Of a DNA stretch of 57,522 nucleotides, positions 29,075 through 38,064 are shown piece after piece. Position numbers and translations under genes: made by a program. Position 1 is the first letter of the stretch; every line of letters starts with the position of its first letter. The notes below the pieces were generated by a model that was not told where the DNA came from, did not search any database, and worked only from the letters and a program-made list of their open reading frames with translations. This DNA comes from a virus (Duplodnaviria > Caudoviricetes), in IMG/VR virus record IMGVR_UViG_3300034075_000013, positions 1 through 57,522 of that record; one strand, given 5' to 3'.

Positions 29075-29304
29075 GGTTTCTCCACTTCAACCGGGTAGTC
29101 CCGGTCTGCCCTCTTGTCGAAATAGATGCGGTGGCCGTCCGTGGCCCATTGGCTCGGCGTGCCATAGATGTCAGGACTGCTCGGTAGGTCGGAAATCAGC
29201 GACCACGCGATTTCCTTTCCTTCGACACATACCGCAGCCGGGCGAAAACCGACATAGACGGCCTCAAACCCTTCGGCGAGATTCAATTTGGTTCGCCTGC
29301 GCAT
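29071..29304 (-). CDS. Small protein resembling the central domain of the adaptor
   Basis: TPSQWATDGHRIYFD vs QPTYWAIDGANIRFD in 28136-28768. Confidence 0.55.
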   Translation of the reverse strand: MRRRTKLNLAEGFEAVYVGFRPAAVCVEGKEIAWSLISDLPSSPDIYGTPSQWATDGHRIYFDKRADRDYPVEVEKP

Positions 29305-30056
29305 ATCGGCTTGAGCGACGCTGCGAGTTGCCGCGACACTTTCACAATCTCATGCTCTGGATTGGCGATAAGGGCTCTCAGAAGTCCGCCGCATCGCTCG
29401 GTGAACGAGTTGTTGATCGCAAGGCGGAAGAACACCGCCATTTGCATCGTCAGCATGTACAAATCGGGAGCGGTGACGTACTGCTTCCCGCCACACTCCA
29501 CGATGAAGCGGTAGTCCTGAAGTTCCTGCTCGTCCATGTAGGCGTGCGTCTTATCGGAGTAGCTTCCCTCGCAGCCGTAGAACACCGTTTGCCGGTATCC
29601 AAGCAAGGTCGCCAGGTGGAACGCCACGGTTACAGAACTACAAGAAGCCCAAAGGCCGTTTTCTGTGTCGTTCACCGCGTCAAAGACGGTGATGTCGGCC
29701 CCTTCGAGCGCTCGATATACGTCAGGGTGGCAGCGAGTAGCCAGAAGCGCTTTTTTTGCCCCAACAACGCGCGGGGCGAGGAAATCGCACGGGTCCAGCG
29801 TCAACAGTGTGGATTCAATGCCGCGCTCCCCGAGGAAGCCGCAAGCCCCGTTGATGGCCCAAATGTCGGCGAACTCTCGAATCTCATCGAGCCGTTCCAC
29901 GATAGAAGGCCCGCCGCCGACAACGGCAAGCCTCCTACCGTGGGGCTCTTGTTCTCGCACCTCGGGGTATCCCAGCGACTTTGCATGTGCAACCTGCGCG
30001 AGCAGGTCCTCATGCGACACCGGGACAGAGCCCTCGAATACGATCTTTGCCATCAA
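29283..30056 (-). CDS. DUF115/Maf/MptE-like nucleotide-sugar transferase fold protein
   Basis: LAVVGGGPSI, IWAING, LLGYRQTVFYGCEGSY motifs. Confidence 0.6.
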   Translation of the reverse strand: MMAKIVFEGSVPVSHEDLLAQVAHAKSLGYPEVREQEPHGRRLAVVGGGPSIVERLDEIREFADIWAINGACGFLGERGIESTLLTLDPCDFLAPRVVGAKKALLATRCHPDVYRALEGADITVFDAVNDTENGLWASCSSVTVAFHLATLLGYRQTVFYGCEGSYSDKTHAYMDEQELQDYRFIVECGGKQYVTAPDLYMLTMQMAVFFRLAINNSFTERCGGLLRALIANPEHEIVKVSRQLAASLKPICAGEPN

Positions 30057-30397
30057 GCCGCCGCCATCAGGCCCTTTTCAACCAGTAGAGCAATGATGTT
30101 GTTCACTGCCGTCACCAGCGCGGAAACCGAGGTGGACGAGGTGAACCCGACCACACCAGACACCGACAGGGCGTTGATGGAGAGCGAAGCCGTGTAGGCC
30201 GCTTGGTCTGCACCCGTGGCGCCGTGGAAACCGATGACATCGGCCGCCGCGTCACCGAGGGATGTCGCACCGCTAGACGAGAGCGTCGTAAACGCCCCCG
30301 TGCTGGCGGTAGTTGCCCCAATAGGGGTGTTGTCCACCGTGCCGCCACTGATCCGCTGATCTTCGTAGGCGACGCCGATAGCCTTGGTGTTGGGCAT
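30053..30397 (-). CDS. Head decoration/fibre-like protein (paralogue 2)
   Basis: Shares FHGAT..DQ and ALSVSGVVGFTSSTS...EKGLMAA with the next gene. Confidence 0.6.
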   Translation of the reverse strand: MPNTKAIGVAYEDQRISGGTVDNTPIGATTASTGAFTTLSSSGATSLGDAAADVIGFHGATGADQAAYTASLSINALSVSGVVGFTSSTSVSALVTAVNNIIALLVEKGLMAAA

Positions 30398-30409
30398 CTT
30401 GTGTGCTCC

Positions 30410-30664
30410 TTACGAGGCGGCCATCAGGCCCTTTTCGCGCAGCAGGGCGAGGATCGAATTCAGCTTTTCAACCACGCTCGAAAGCGAGGTCGAGGAAGTG
30501 AATCCAACCACGCCGGAGACCGACAGGGCAGCGATGCTCTGGTCGGCCACATAGGCGTACTGGTCAACCGGCGTAGCGCCGTGGAAAGCGACGAGATCGC
30601 TAGCGTTTTGTCCGACGTGCGCGCCATCCGGGCGGCCATCGGTGAGTTCTTGATACGTTGCCAT
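30410..30664 (-). CDS. Head decoration/fibre-like protein (paralogue 1)
   Basis: Directly after the coat gene; paralogous to 30053-30397. Confidence 0.6.
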   Translation of the reverse strand: MATYQELTDGRPDGAHVGQNASDLVAFHGATPVDQYAYVADQSIAALSVSGVVGFTSSTSLSSVVEKLNSILALLREKGLMAAS

Positions 30665-30736
30665 TTATGGCTCCTAGAAAACGAATGGGCCGAAGCCCCA
30701 AGGTTGGAAACGAAGAAGGCCCCGCAGGGCCTTGGC

Positions 30737-31978
30737 TCAGTTCGTCACTCGGCACGCCCAAGCGGGACGGAACGCCTTGAAGCCGTACAGCACATCAAGA
30801 CGGCACAGGAGTTCGTCGTTGCGGATGTCCGAAGCCATCCACACGCGAATCGAGAAGCCCTCGTTGCGCTTGACCACGCACTTGTGCGAGTCGTCCATGA
30901 TCGGCATGTCGGCCATCACGAACGAGAACGCATCACGGTGATACATCAGCGATTGACGGTAGGCCGTCGAAGCCGCGCCAACAGCCGTCAGGGTCTTCGA
31001 GTTGAAGTCCGTCGTCGCCAGTTGCGCGCCAGTAGACGAGCACACGTTCTGCTTGGCGCCCGTCAGGACAGTCGCCGGGCTGATCGTCATGTCGCCACCA
31101 GAGCCGGTGCCGGCCGTGTTGGTGAACTGCTGGAGGTAGCCCAGGTTCTGCTTCGTTTCCGGGTGGCAGGCGTAGACGCCGTCGATGGTGAACACTTGAC
31201 CCACGGTGTAGGTCACCGGAGAGGCCGTGTCAGCCGACAGGGTCGTGCCGCCGTCCGTGACACCAGCCGCCGCATCGGTCGTGCCGGTCACGTCCGCGCC
31301 GTTGGTCATCGTCCAGGTGCGCTCGTTCTCATAGAAGTCGGCCATCGCGCTACGCTGGTAGTAGCCCTCGACAAACGCCTTCTTGATCTGGTTGTCCGGC
31401 AGGAACAGGCCCTTGTTGCCGGCGACGATGTTCGCCATCGTCACAGAGTCGAGTTGAATCGCGCGGTTCGTGTCCTTCGGAGCCAGACCTTGATTCAGCT
31501 TCGCGCGGGCCAGGCCGAGCGCGTCGATGTTGGCCGTGGTCCCAGCGGTACCGACGAGGTTGTACGTGGCCTTGGTGGCGGTCGTAATGCAGTCGCCGTC
31601 AATACCGGACATCAACACAGCCATCGCCGGTTCGATAAAGCGCTTGGAGAAAGCGCTGACCTGATCCGGGTTGTCGGTGTCGAGGGCAAGTTCCGCAGAA
31701 GTGAAGCGCATGTCCACACCGTCTTGCGTCGCAAGGGTGATGGTCTGCGTGCTCTCGTTCTGGTCCTGAACGTCCATCACACGCGAGCCTTGACGGCGCG
31801 TGTACTGGTTCGGTTCCTTGACCCGGAGGGTGCCGCCGATGCGGCCACCGCCGAGAGACTGCGGCTTGAAAGACTCGTCAAATTGACGGTCCACCGTGGA
31901 GATGAAGGTGGCCTTTTCGTGGGCGATGGCCAGACCTTCCTTGGCAATCATGTCGATTACCTTGAAGACGTTACTCAT
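30737..31978 (-). CDS. Major capsid protein (P22 coat family)
   Basis: IGGTLRVKEP, RLDVLYGFKAFRPAWACR C-terminus. Confidence 0.9.
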   Translation of the reverse strand: MSNVFKVIDMIAKEGLAIAHEKATFISTVDRQFDESFKPQSLGGGRIGGTLRVKEPNQYTRRQGSRVMDVQDQNESTQTITLATQDGVDMRFTSAELALDTDNPDQVSAFSKRFIEPAMAVLMSGIDGDCITTATKATYNLVGTAGTTANIDALGLARAKLNQGLAPKDTNRAIQLDSVTMANIVAGNKGLFLPDNQIKKAFVEGYYQRSAMADFYENERTWTMTNGADVTGTTDAAAGVTDGGTTLSADTASPVTYTVGQVFTIDGVYACHPETKQNLGYLQQFTNTAGTGSGGDMTISPATVLTGAKQNVCSSTGAQLATTDFNSKTLTAVGAASTAYRQSLMYHRDAFSFVMADMPIMDDSHKCVVKRNEGFSIRVWMASDIRNDELLCRLDVLYGFKAFRPAWACRVTN

Positions 31979-32031
31979 TTTGGTTCCTCAGCGCCTCTCG
32001 GCGTTAGAAGCGCCACCCTTGCGGGCAGCAG

Positions 32032-32952
32032 TTAGCGTTTCGTGCGCTCCCGGCGCCACACCGCGTATTCCTGCGGTGTCATGTCGGAAGGGCTCTTGGT
32101 GTTGCTCGCGGCGGCTCCACCAACACGGGTGACCGGCTTGGGAGGCGGTTCCGGCTTGGCTCTTGCGGCTGCGCGCTTTTCGAGGGACTGGCGGTACTTC
32201 ATGCCGTCGTCAATGACTCTGGCAACTTGCGGGTGTTGCGCCAGAAACTGGCCGAGCGCTTGGGTATTCACGCCTTTACTGCGCGTGTACGCCTCCATCG
32301 CCTGGTCCTTTTCCGGGCTCCAGTCCCTGAATTCACGCATCAGAAACGCGCGTGCTTCATCGGTGCGCTTGGCAAGTTCTTGCTGCCGCGCCGACTGCAT
32401 CTGCTGCTGTTTTTGCGTGAGCGAGCCCAGCAACTGGCCGCGAGCGGCTTGGAGTTGGCTAAGCTCGATCAGCAGGGCTTGCGCCCGCTGCGGGTCTTGA
32501 GCACTCAAACTCGCCAAGTCCATTCTCTGGAGTTGAGCGAGCCGCGCATCAACGCCGCGCACCTGCGCGATGTCGTCAATGAGCGCTTGGTGAAGCTGGG
32601 CAGTCTGCTCAAACTGCTGCTTTGCAGTCTCGATTTGCTTGCGCTGCTCGGCTACTTCCTGCGTCTTGCGGGTGTAGTCGCCGTGCCGAAGAAGCGCGTT
32701 CTTCAGCTCGGGCTCAAGGTCTTTCGGGACTTTGAACTTTTTCCCTTCGTACTCTAGTTCCGCGTCTTCTGGCTCGGTAGCCTCTTGGTCGAGGTCCGCA
32801 TCCAGAACAGCGTCGCTGTCAAGGGTTGAGGGGGTCGGTTCGGTTGCCTCGGGTTTCGCGGCAGGAGCCGTGGTCTGTGCCGAGGGGTTGGCTTCGGAGG
32901 CCGGCGCTTGCGCGTTATCGGTTGTCTCCGGTGCTGGGTCGAAGAAAGACAT
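32032..32952 (-). CDS. Scaffolding protein
   Basis: DYTRKTQEVAEQRK motif, coiled coil, upstream of coat. Confidence 0.85.
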   Translation of the reverse strand: MSFFDPAPETTDNAQAPASEANPSAQTTAPAAKPEATEPTPSTLDSDAVLDADLDQEATEPEDAELEYEGKKFKVPKDLEPELKNALLRHGDYTRKTQEVAEQRKQIETAKQQFEQTAQLHQALIDDIAQVRGVDARLAQLQRMDLASLSAQDPQRAQALLIELSQLQAARGQLLGSLTQKQQQMQSARQQELAKRTDEARAFLMREFRDWSPEKDQAMEAYTRSKGVNTQALGQFLAQHPQVARVIDDGMKYRQSLEKRAAARAKPEPPPKPVTRVGGAAASNTKSPSDMTPQEYAVWRRERTKR

Positions 32953-32998
32953 GAAGTCTCCTGAGGGTCGCAATCACTGCGATGCCTGCTCCAATAAG

Positions 32999-33020
32999 AA
33001 AGCCGCCCGAAGACGGCCTT
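32999..33020. terminator. Hairpin terminator-like element
   Basis: AAAGCCGCCCGAAGACGGCCTT. Confidence 0.45.
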
Positions 33021-33291
33021 ACCCAGCGCGGGAGCTGTTCGCGCTTGTGTTCTGTTAGCGCTTAGTGCGTCTTCAGGTAGGCCAGCAGGCTCCCAAGGAA
33101 GAAGCAAACGCTGCCGGCCATGTAGAAGATGAGAATCAGCTTTTCCATGTCAGCGTCCTAGTGGCTGGCCGTTGCGCTCAAGAATCTTCAGAATGTTCTC
33201 TTGCCCCGGAAAGACGACGAAGTTGGAGGAACCAGCCCCAGCGCCACGGGAGCCGCCGTCTAGGTATCGGATACGGTGATACAATTCAATC

Positions 33292-33741
33292 ATGGTCAAA
33301 ACCTCTTGCGCTCAATGCGCCGCGCCGCTGGAACGTCATCCGTACTACATGCGCATGTACGCAAAGACGTTCTGTTGCTCCGACTGTTATGCGGCTTTTA
33401 GACGCACAGGGTCGGTTGATGCCAAGGGCTACAAGGTTGCGTCTGTTGATGGCAAGAAGCACAAGGAACACCGACTTGTCATGGAGGTTCATTTGGGCCG
33501 CGAACTTACGCCGAATGAGGCTGTTCACCACATCAATGGCGACAAGACCGACAACAGGTTAGAGAATCTAGAGGTTGTTGACCATACGAAGCATTCCATT
33601 GAGCACAACCAACTTCAATGGGACTTGGCTTTAGCTGCCGACATGAGGCAGCGCGGGATGCCGCTTCGGGCGATTGCTGCCCTTGTCGGCGTATCTAGAA
33701 CTAACCTTACCAAACAACTGCGAAAGGTAGGAATCGAATGA
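33292..33741 (+). CDS. HNH homing endonuclease (opposite strand within head operon)
   Basis: EHRLVME..LGREL...VHHINGDKTDNRLENL; C-terminal HTH; N-terminal Cys pairs. Confidence 0.85.
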   Translation: MVKTSCAQCAAPLERHPYYMRMYAKTFCCSDCYAAFRRTGSVDAKGYKVASVDGKKHKEHRLVMEVHLGRELTPNEAVHHINGDKTDNRLENLEVVDHTKHSIEHNQLQWDLALAADMRQRGMPLRAIAALVGVSRTNLTKQLRKVGIE

Positions 33742-33998
33742 AGGACAACCGCATTCTAAAACTCGCCGAGCAGTTTGCAGACGTTACGTTCGACACGCGC
33801 GGACGTATAGACATTTCATTCGACGAGATCGGTCTTGCGGCTTTTGTGGCTGCTGTTCGTGAGGATTGCGCCAAGACTTGCGAACAAACTGGGGCACAGA
33901 TATGGCCGGTCAACGGACTAGCAATGCAAGCCGCCATGGCCGTAATGTGTGCCAACGCCATCAGACGTAATCACGAACAGGACAAGCAAGCAGCCTAG
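33738..33998 (+). CDS. Hypothetical protein
   Basis: ATGA coupling with the HNH gene. Confidence 0.55.
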   Translation: MKDNRILKLAEQFADVTFDTRGRIDISFDEIGLAAFVAAVREDCAKTCEQTGAQIWPVNGLAMQAAMAVMCANAIRRNHEQDKQAA

Positions 33999-35035
33999 AG
34001 TGGCACTCCGTTGCGCTCCAGAATGGTTAGAAGCTCCTCATTGCCAGGAAAAATAACCATGTTGCTTGTTCCGCGCTCCCACGGCCTCCCACCAATCCCG
34101 CGCGAGCCACCGTCTAAATACCTGATGCCGGGCATTCCGAGTCGATTGAGCCAATCGGAAGCCCCCGCAGGTCGTCCGTTCATCCGAGCGGCTTGGTTGT
34201 AAAGCTGCTGGCCGGTTTGCTCCACGTCTCCCGCCCAAGGCGTAGTCTGAGCCTTACCGCCCTGCCATGCCGGGGTGAGAAGGGGGAGAATCTCTTTTTG
34301 CTGACTGAGCGGTTTATCCCAATCCAACATCCTCCCCACCATGCTGTCGGGGAGGTCTACTTTGTAGAGCGCGCCCTTGTCGCTGTGCTGAATTTCCTGC
34401 ATCAGCCGCTCATACAGCGCAGCACGCTCAGAGCCGGGCTTGTATTGCCGTGGTAATTGCCCTTTGCCGCCATAAATCACGTCGTCCAACACCCGATCCG
34501 CCACCCCTGACGGCTTCGTTACTCCGTCGAGGTACTTCCCGCCCTCTCTGGCGTTCACCAAGTCCTGAATCTGCTCTCTCGTCAGTCCACTCTTCCCGCC
34601 GAAGTTAAAGCCTCGGTCTGCCGTGAGCGTCGATTGGTACTGCTTCGCCACCTCCGGCGCTTCCGCTAAATACAGCCCATGCCCGTAAGCCTGCGCACCC
34701 TCGCCCGTGCCGATCTTGCTGCTGTCGAACTTGTCGAAGATGTGCGGCGAGCCGTGCCACGCGGTGATCCCCGCCGGAGCCATCCCCAGCGGTCCATTGA
34801 GCATCGCCTGCGCGGCCTGCATCATCGCGCCCTCGTCCGTCACCCGGAACGGCGCTTTCTTGTCCGCGAACGCCTGCGCCATCAAGCCCTGCTGCTCGCG
34901 GTGGTTGTCACCCAAGAGGCCAGCCGTCTGAGCCATCGTCCCCGCAGGATCGGCCAGCAAGCCGCCTGCATGGCGCTTGAGGCGGTCCGCCTGGCTGAAG
35001 ACGAAGGGCAGGACACCAGACAGCAGACCGGCCAT
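33995..35035 (-). CDS. ADP-ribosyltransferase-like (ART-PolyVal-type) protein
   Basis: AWHGSPHIFDKFDSSKIGTGEGAQAYGHGLY...GIRYLD motifs. Confidence 0.65.
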   Translation of the reverse strand: MAGLLSGVLPFVFSQADRLKRHAGGLLADPAGTMAQTAGLLGDNHREQQGLMAQAFADKKAPFRVTDEGAMMQAAQAMLNGPLGMAPAGITAWHGSPHIFDKFDSSKIGTGEGAQAYGHGLYLAEAPEVAKQYQSTLTADRGFNFGGKSGLTREQIQDLVNAREGGKYLDGVTKPSGVADRVLDDVIYGGKGQLPRQYKPGSERAALYERLMQEIQHSDKGALYKVDLPDSMVGRMLDWDKPLSQQKEILPLLTPAWQGGKAQTTPWAGDVEQTGQQLYNQAARMNGRPAGASDWLNRLGMPGIRYLDGGSRGIGGRPWERGTSNMVIFPGNEELLTILERNGVPL

Positions 35036-35037
35036 AG

Positions 35038-35301
35038 TTACACCCGTTCAAGTACCGGCGAGCCGCCAAACCTGCGCTTAGCGTTGCGCATCGCCTCGAT
35101 TTCGTCCCGGCCGTCGATGGTCCCTTGCGCGATCCACTTGACCACGCGCCACCACTTCAGAACTTCCCCGTCCGGCCCGATGCTCGTTTCAGGGATGCGC
35201 TCGCAGTACGGGGCCGTTCTGTAGGCCATCCAGCCGTGAGCGCCGCAGTCGCAGCGCATAAGGCCCGCTCCGGTGGAGCAATCAAGGGCGTGTCTGGTCA
35301 T
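35038..35301 (-). CDS. Hypothetical protein
   Basis: Overlapping tandem ORF. Confidence 0.55.
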   Translation of the reverse strand: MTRHALDCSTGAGLMRCDCGAHGWMAYRTAPYCERIPETSIGPDGEVLKWWRVVKWIAQGTIDGRDEIEAMRNAKRRFGGSPVLERV

Positions 35302-35476
35302 CTAGATTCGCCTCGCGGGGCGCGTTTTCCTCTGGCACGGGCTCAAGCTCAACGCTCGGAGCCTTAAACAGCTTCCCGTAGTGTTGGCACGGAAGAAACC
35401 GGCACACCAGCGTCCGGCCCTCCTGATACATCGCGTGCCCACACTCGCAGAACACGGACACCATGTAGGCGCGCAT
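35282..35476 (-). CDS. Small zinc-ribbon protein
   Basis: CECG...C....C; GGAG RBS. Confidence 0.5.
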   Translation of the reverse strand: MRAYMVSVFCECGHAMYQEGRTLVCRFLPCQHYGKLFKAPSVELEPVPEENAPREANLDDQTRP

Positions 35477-35548
35477 ATCAGGCTCCGATGTAGTAAGCAA
35501 TCAACAGCGCGGCGACAGCGATTACTACGCCAAGCCAGCGGCCATCCA

Positions 35549-38023
35549 TCACATGCCTTCAGGATGCGTTTCAGACATTTCGCCCTGCATCGGCGGTCCG
35601 GCCATCGCGGAGCCGTCAGGCATCTGCTGCATCTCTTGCGGCTCATGCATCGGCACGTCGGCCATGGGGATGTCGCACCCCGGCATTCCCGGCTCTAACG
35701 GCGCGTTGTGCATCGCCTCGCCGGTCGTCTTCATTACCAGCATGTGGAAGGCTTCGGGCGGCAGCGCGGCGGCAAGCACCTTTAGCCGCTCGGTAATGGC
35801 CTCGTAGTCCTTCACGGACTGCTCGCGCTCGGCAAGCTCCAACTCCTGCGCCTTCAGTCGCAACTCGGCTACCTTCACCGGGTCCACCTGCTCGGGGGCT
35901 TGTTGCGCTTCAGGCTTCATGACTTCGGCGCGTCTCGTTTCCGCCTCAAAGCCTTTGATCTTCAGTTCCTCAGCCTTGATCGCAATATCGGCTTGCTTGT
36001 CCTTGACCTGCGCGGTGAGCTGGCCGATCTGCTGCTGAAGCTGTCCAATGGCCTGCTTCGCCTGCCCGTCCTGCTGCTGGAGCATCTGCTGCAGTTGCTG
36101 CACCATCGGGTGAATCTGACCCTGCGCCTGCGGCGGCAGCATCGCTTTGAGCCGTTCCGCAACCTGTTCAGAGCCGGGCCAATCGAGATTCTTCGCCAGC
36201 AGATCGCCAATAAGCGGAGCCGATTGCGGGAAGACACGGATGAATTCCATCATCTGCGTCGCGGCCTCTTCCCTGCGGGTGTTGAAGCCCGGTCCAGCCG
36301 TGACCATCACGTCGTATTTGCCGGTCGTGAGGTCAAAGATGCGCGTCACAGCCTTGAGCTTGTTGAGCATTTCCGTGGGGAGTTGCTGCTGCAATTCAGG
36401 AGGAACAGGGACGAACTTGGGCGGGCCTTCGGTCGCTTGCTCATGAGTCTGGGGCAGGCCTTGCTGCGGCATTCCGGGCACGCCCTGCGGGCTCATCCCC
36501 GGCTGTATGGCCTGCGGCTGCATCGGCCCCATCGCCATCGCCCTCATCCGCTCGATTTCCTGCTCAGGCGCAACGGGCTGGTTGACCGGAACGGTATAGG
36601 TCGAGCCGTCCTCTTGCACGCACCGCAGAATCCGCTCCGTCGTCATCACCCTCGGGATCAGGTCGAGAATGATCCGCCCGCCATGCTCGACAGCGATGTT
36701 CCTGTTCTTGATGAAGTCGTAGGTGGAAGTGTCGCCCTCGCGCTGCCTGGCGATGATCGCCTTGCCGCTGGTTTCGTTGCTTCTTGCGCCCAAAGAGGCG
36801 TCAAACATTCCCATGACGGCCTTCATGTCGTCGGACGCCATCATGGCTTCTTGCATGGCCCCGGCAGGAGGCCCAGCGAAGGGGATACGTGTCGGGGTCG
36901 CTCCGGGTTGGTCCTGAACGATGTCGTATTCGAGGTACGGATAGGCAACGCGATTGGCGTTGGCCCACTTCGCCGCATCAGTGGCGAACATGCCAACAGG
37001 GCCAAGCCACGGCGCTTTCGGCTGCAATCCACCCAGCTCCGCAGACAGGGTGCGCTGATAGTTGTACAGACGCTGGGAGTCCTTCGCCCGGTGGATCAGC
37101 GAAACGAAGTAGCGCTTGCCGTTAACGTTGATCACTTCCCCGTACATCGGGACGACGGGGATGTACTTTCCGAGCCAATCAGACTCTTCCAGTACTTCAG
37201 TGCCGGTAATGAGCCGCTGCTTGACCTTGTGGGTCTTGGAATCGCGCTCACCGACTACCTCCAGCCCTTGCGCGAGGAAATCGTCCTGGTTCTTCAGCCA
37301 GACTTTCTCGAACATCACCGCGCCGTCGCTGATCTTGAGCAACTTGGTCGGGACCTCTTCCCTCAACCACCTTTCAGCGACGCGGATTCTCTTGTCCTTG
37401 AACCAGTTCGCGTCATAGTCGCCGGAGCCAATCTCAAATGACCCGGCCTTGCGGTCCTTGCCCCACTTCGCTTCGAAAGCAGCCTTCGTGTACCAGTCGG
37501 TCACATAGGCGCGGTTCCAGTCGATGCTTGTCGCTTCCTTGCTCTCGAAATCGCCGTACACACTGAATGGGTTCGGGATGCGCTCAAGAAAGATGTCCTG
37601 GTCCCATTCGTCTTCACCGAGATAGTCCACGTTGACGCGGAAGTACCCGAAGCCGCCGTAGATGGCGAACTGAAACGCGGTGTCGTAGACCTGATCTGCT
37701 TGGCTCTGCGTCTCGATGTTGCGGATCAGGTCGGACTGAATGTCGGCAGTGAGCTTGTCTGCCCCGCCTCCAACCGGCTTGACGTTGATCGCGGCCCTGT
37801 TGATCTTGGCGTCGTTGAGGACTTGCTTACCAAAAGCAGGCAGACGGTTGATCGTCAGGCACGGACGGCCCTCGGTCTGGCGCTGGGAAACGTCGTCGTC
37901 GTGCCACTGCTTTTCGAGCAGGGCGAATTCGAGGTCGTCCTGGGACTGTTTGCGCTGCTTGTCCTCGGCGTCGAGGCAGGCAGCGAAGTCCTCCAGGTCG
38001 TCCTTGATCTTGTCTTTTTCCAT
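35549..38023 (-). CDS. Portal protein (P22-like)
   Basis: GRPCLTINRL, NETSGKAIIARQREGD, GKYDVMVTAGP..TRREEA motifs. Confidence 0.92.
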   Translation of the reverse strand: MEKDKIKDDLEDFAACLDAEDKQRKQSQDDLEFALLEKQWHDDDVSQRQTEGRPCLTINRLPAFGKQVLNDAKINRAAINVKPVGGGADKLTADIQSDLIRNIETQSQADQVYDTAFQFAIYGGFGYFRVNVDYLGEDEWDQDIFLERIPNPFSVYGDFESKEATSIDWNRAYVTDWYTKAAFEAKWGKDRKAGSFEIGSGDYDANWFKDKRIRVAERWLREEVPTKLLKISDGAVMFEKVWLKNQDDFLAQGLEVVGERDSKTHKVKQRLITGTEVLEESDWLGKYIPVVPMYGEVINVNGKRYFVSLIHRAKDSQRLYNYQRTLSAELGGLQPKAPWLGPVGMFATDAAKWANANRVAYPYLEYDIVQDQPGATPTRIPFAGPPAGAMQEAMMASDDMKAVMGMFDASLGARSNETSGKAIIARQREGDTSTYDFIKNRNIAVEHGGRIILDLIPRVMTTERILRCVQEDGSTYTVPVNQPVAPEQEIERMRAMAMGPMQPQAIQPGMSPQGVPGMPQQGLPQTHEQATEGPPKFVPVPPELQQQLPTEMLNKLKAVTRIFDLTTGKYDVMVTAGPGFNTRREEAATQMMEFIRVFPQSAPLIGDLLAKNLDWPGSEQVAERLKAMLPPQAQGQIHPMVQQLQQMLQQQDGQAKQAIGQLQQQIGQLTAQVKDKQADIAIKAEELKIKGFEAETRRAEVMKPEAQQAPEQVDPVKVAELRLKAQELELAEREQSVKDYEAITERLKVLAAALPPEAFHMLVMKTTGEAMHNAPLEPGMPGCDIPMADVPMHEPQEMQQMPDGSAMAGPPMQGEMSETHPEGM

Positions 38024-38064
38024 AGTGCTCCGGCGCCTCGCGGCGTTAGGTGCTTTGTCGGGGT

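Noticed and set aside
30203-32035. Long antisense ORFs (also 26588-28087, 35900-37441, 21062-22369, 4130-5293)
   Set aside because: Shadow frames of high-GC genes on the opposite strand; no motifs
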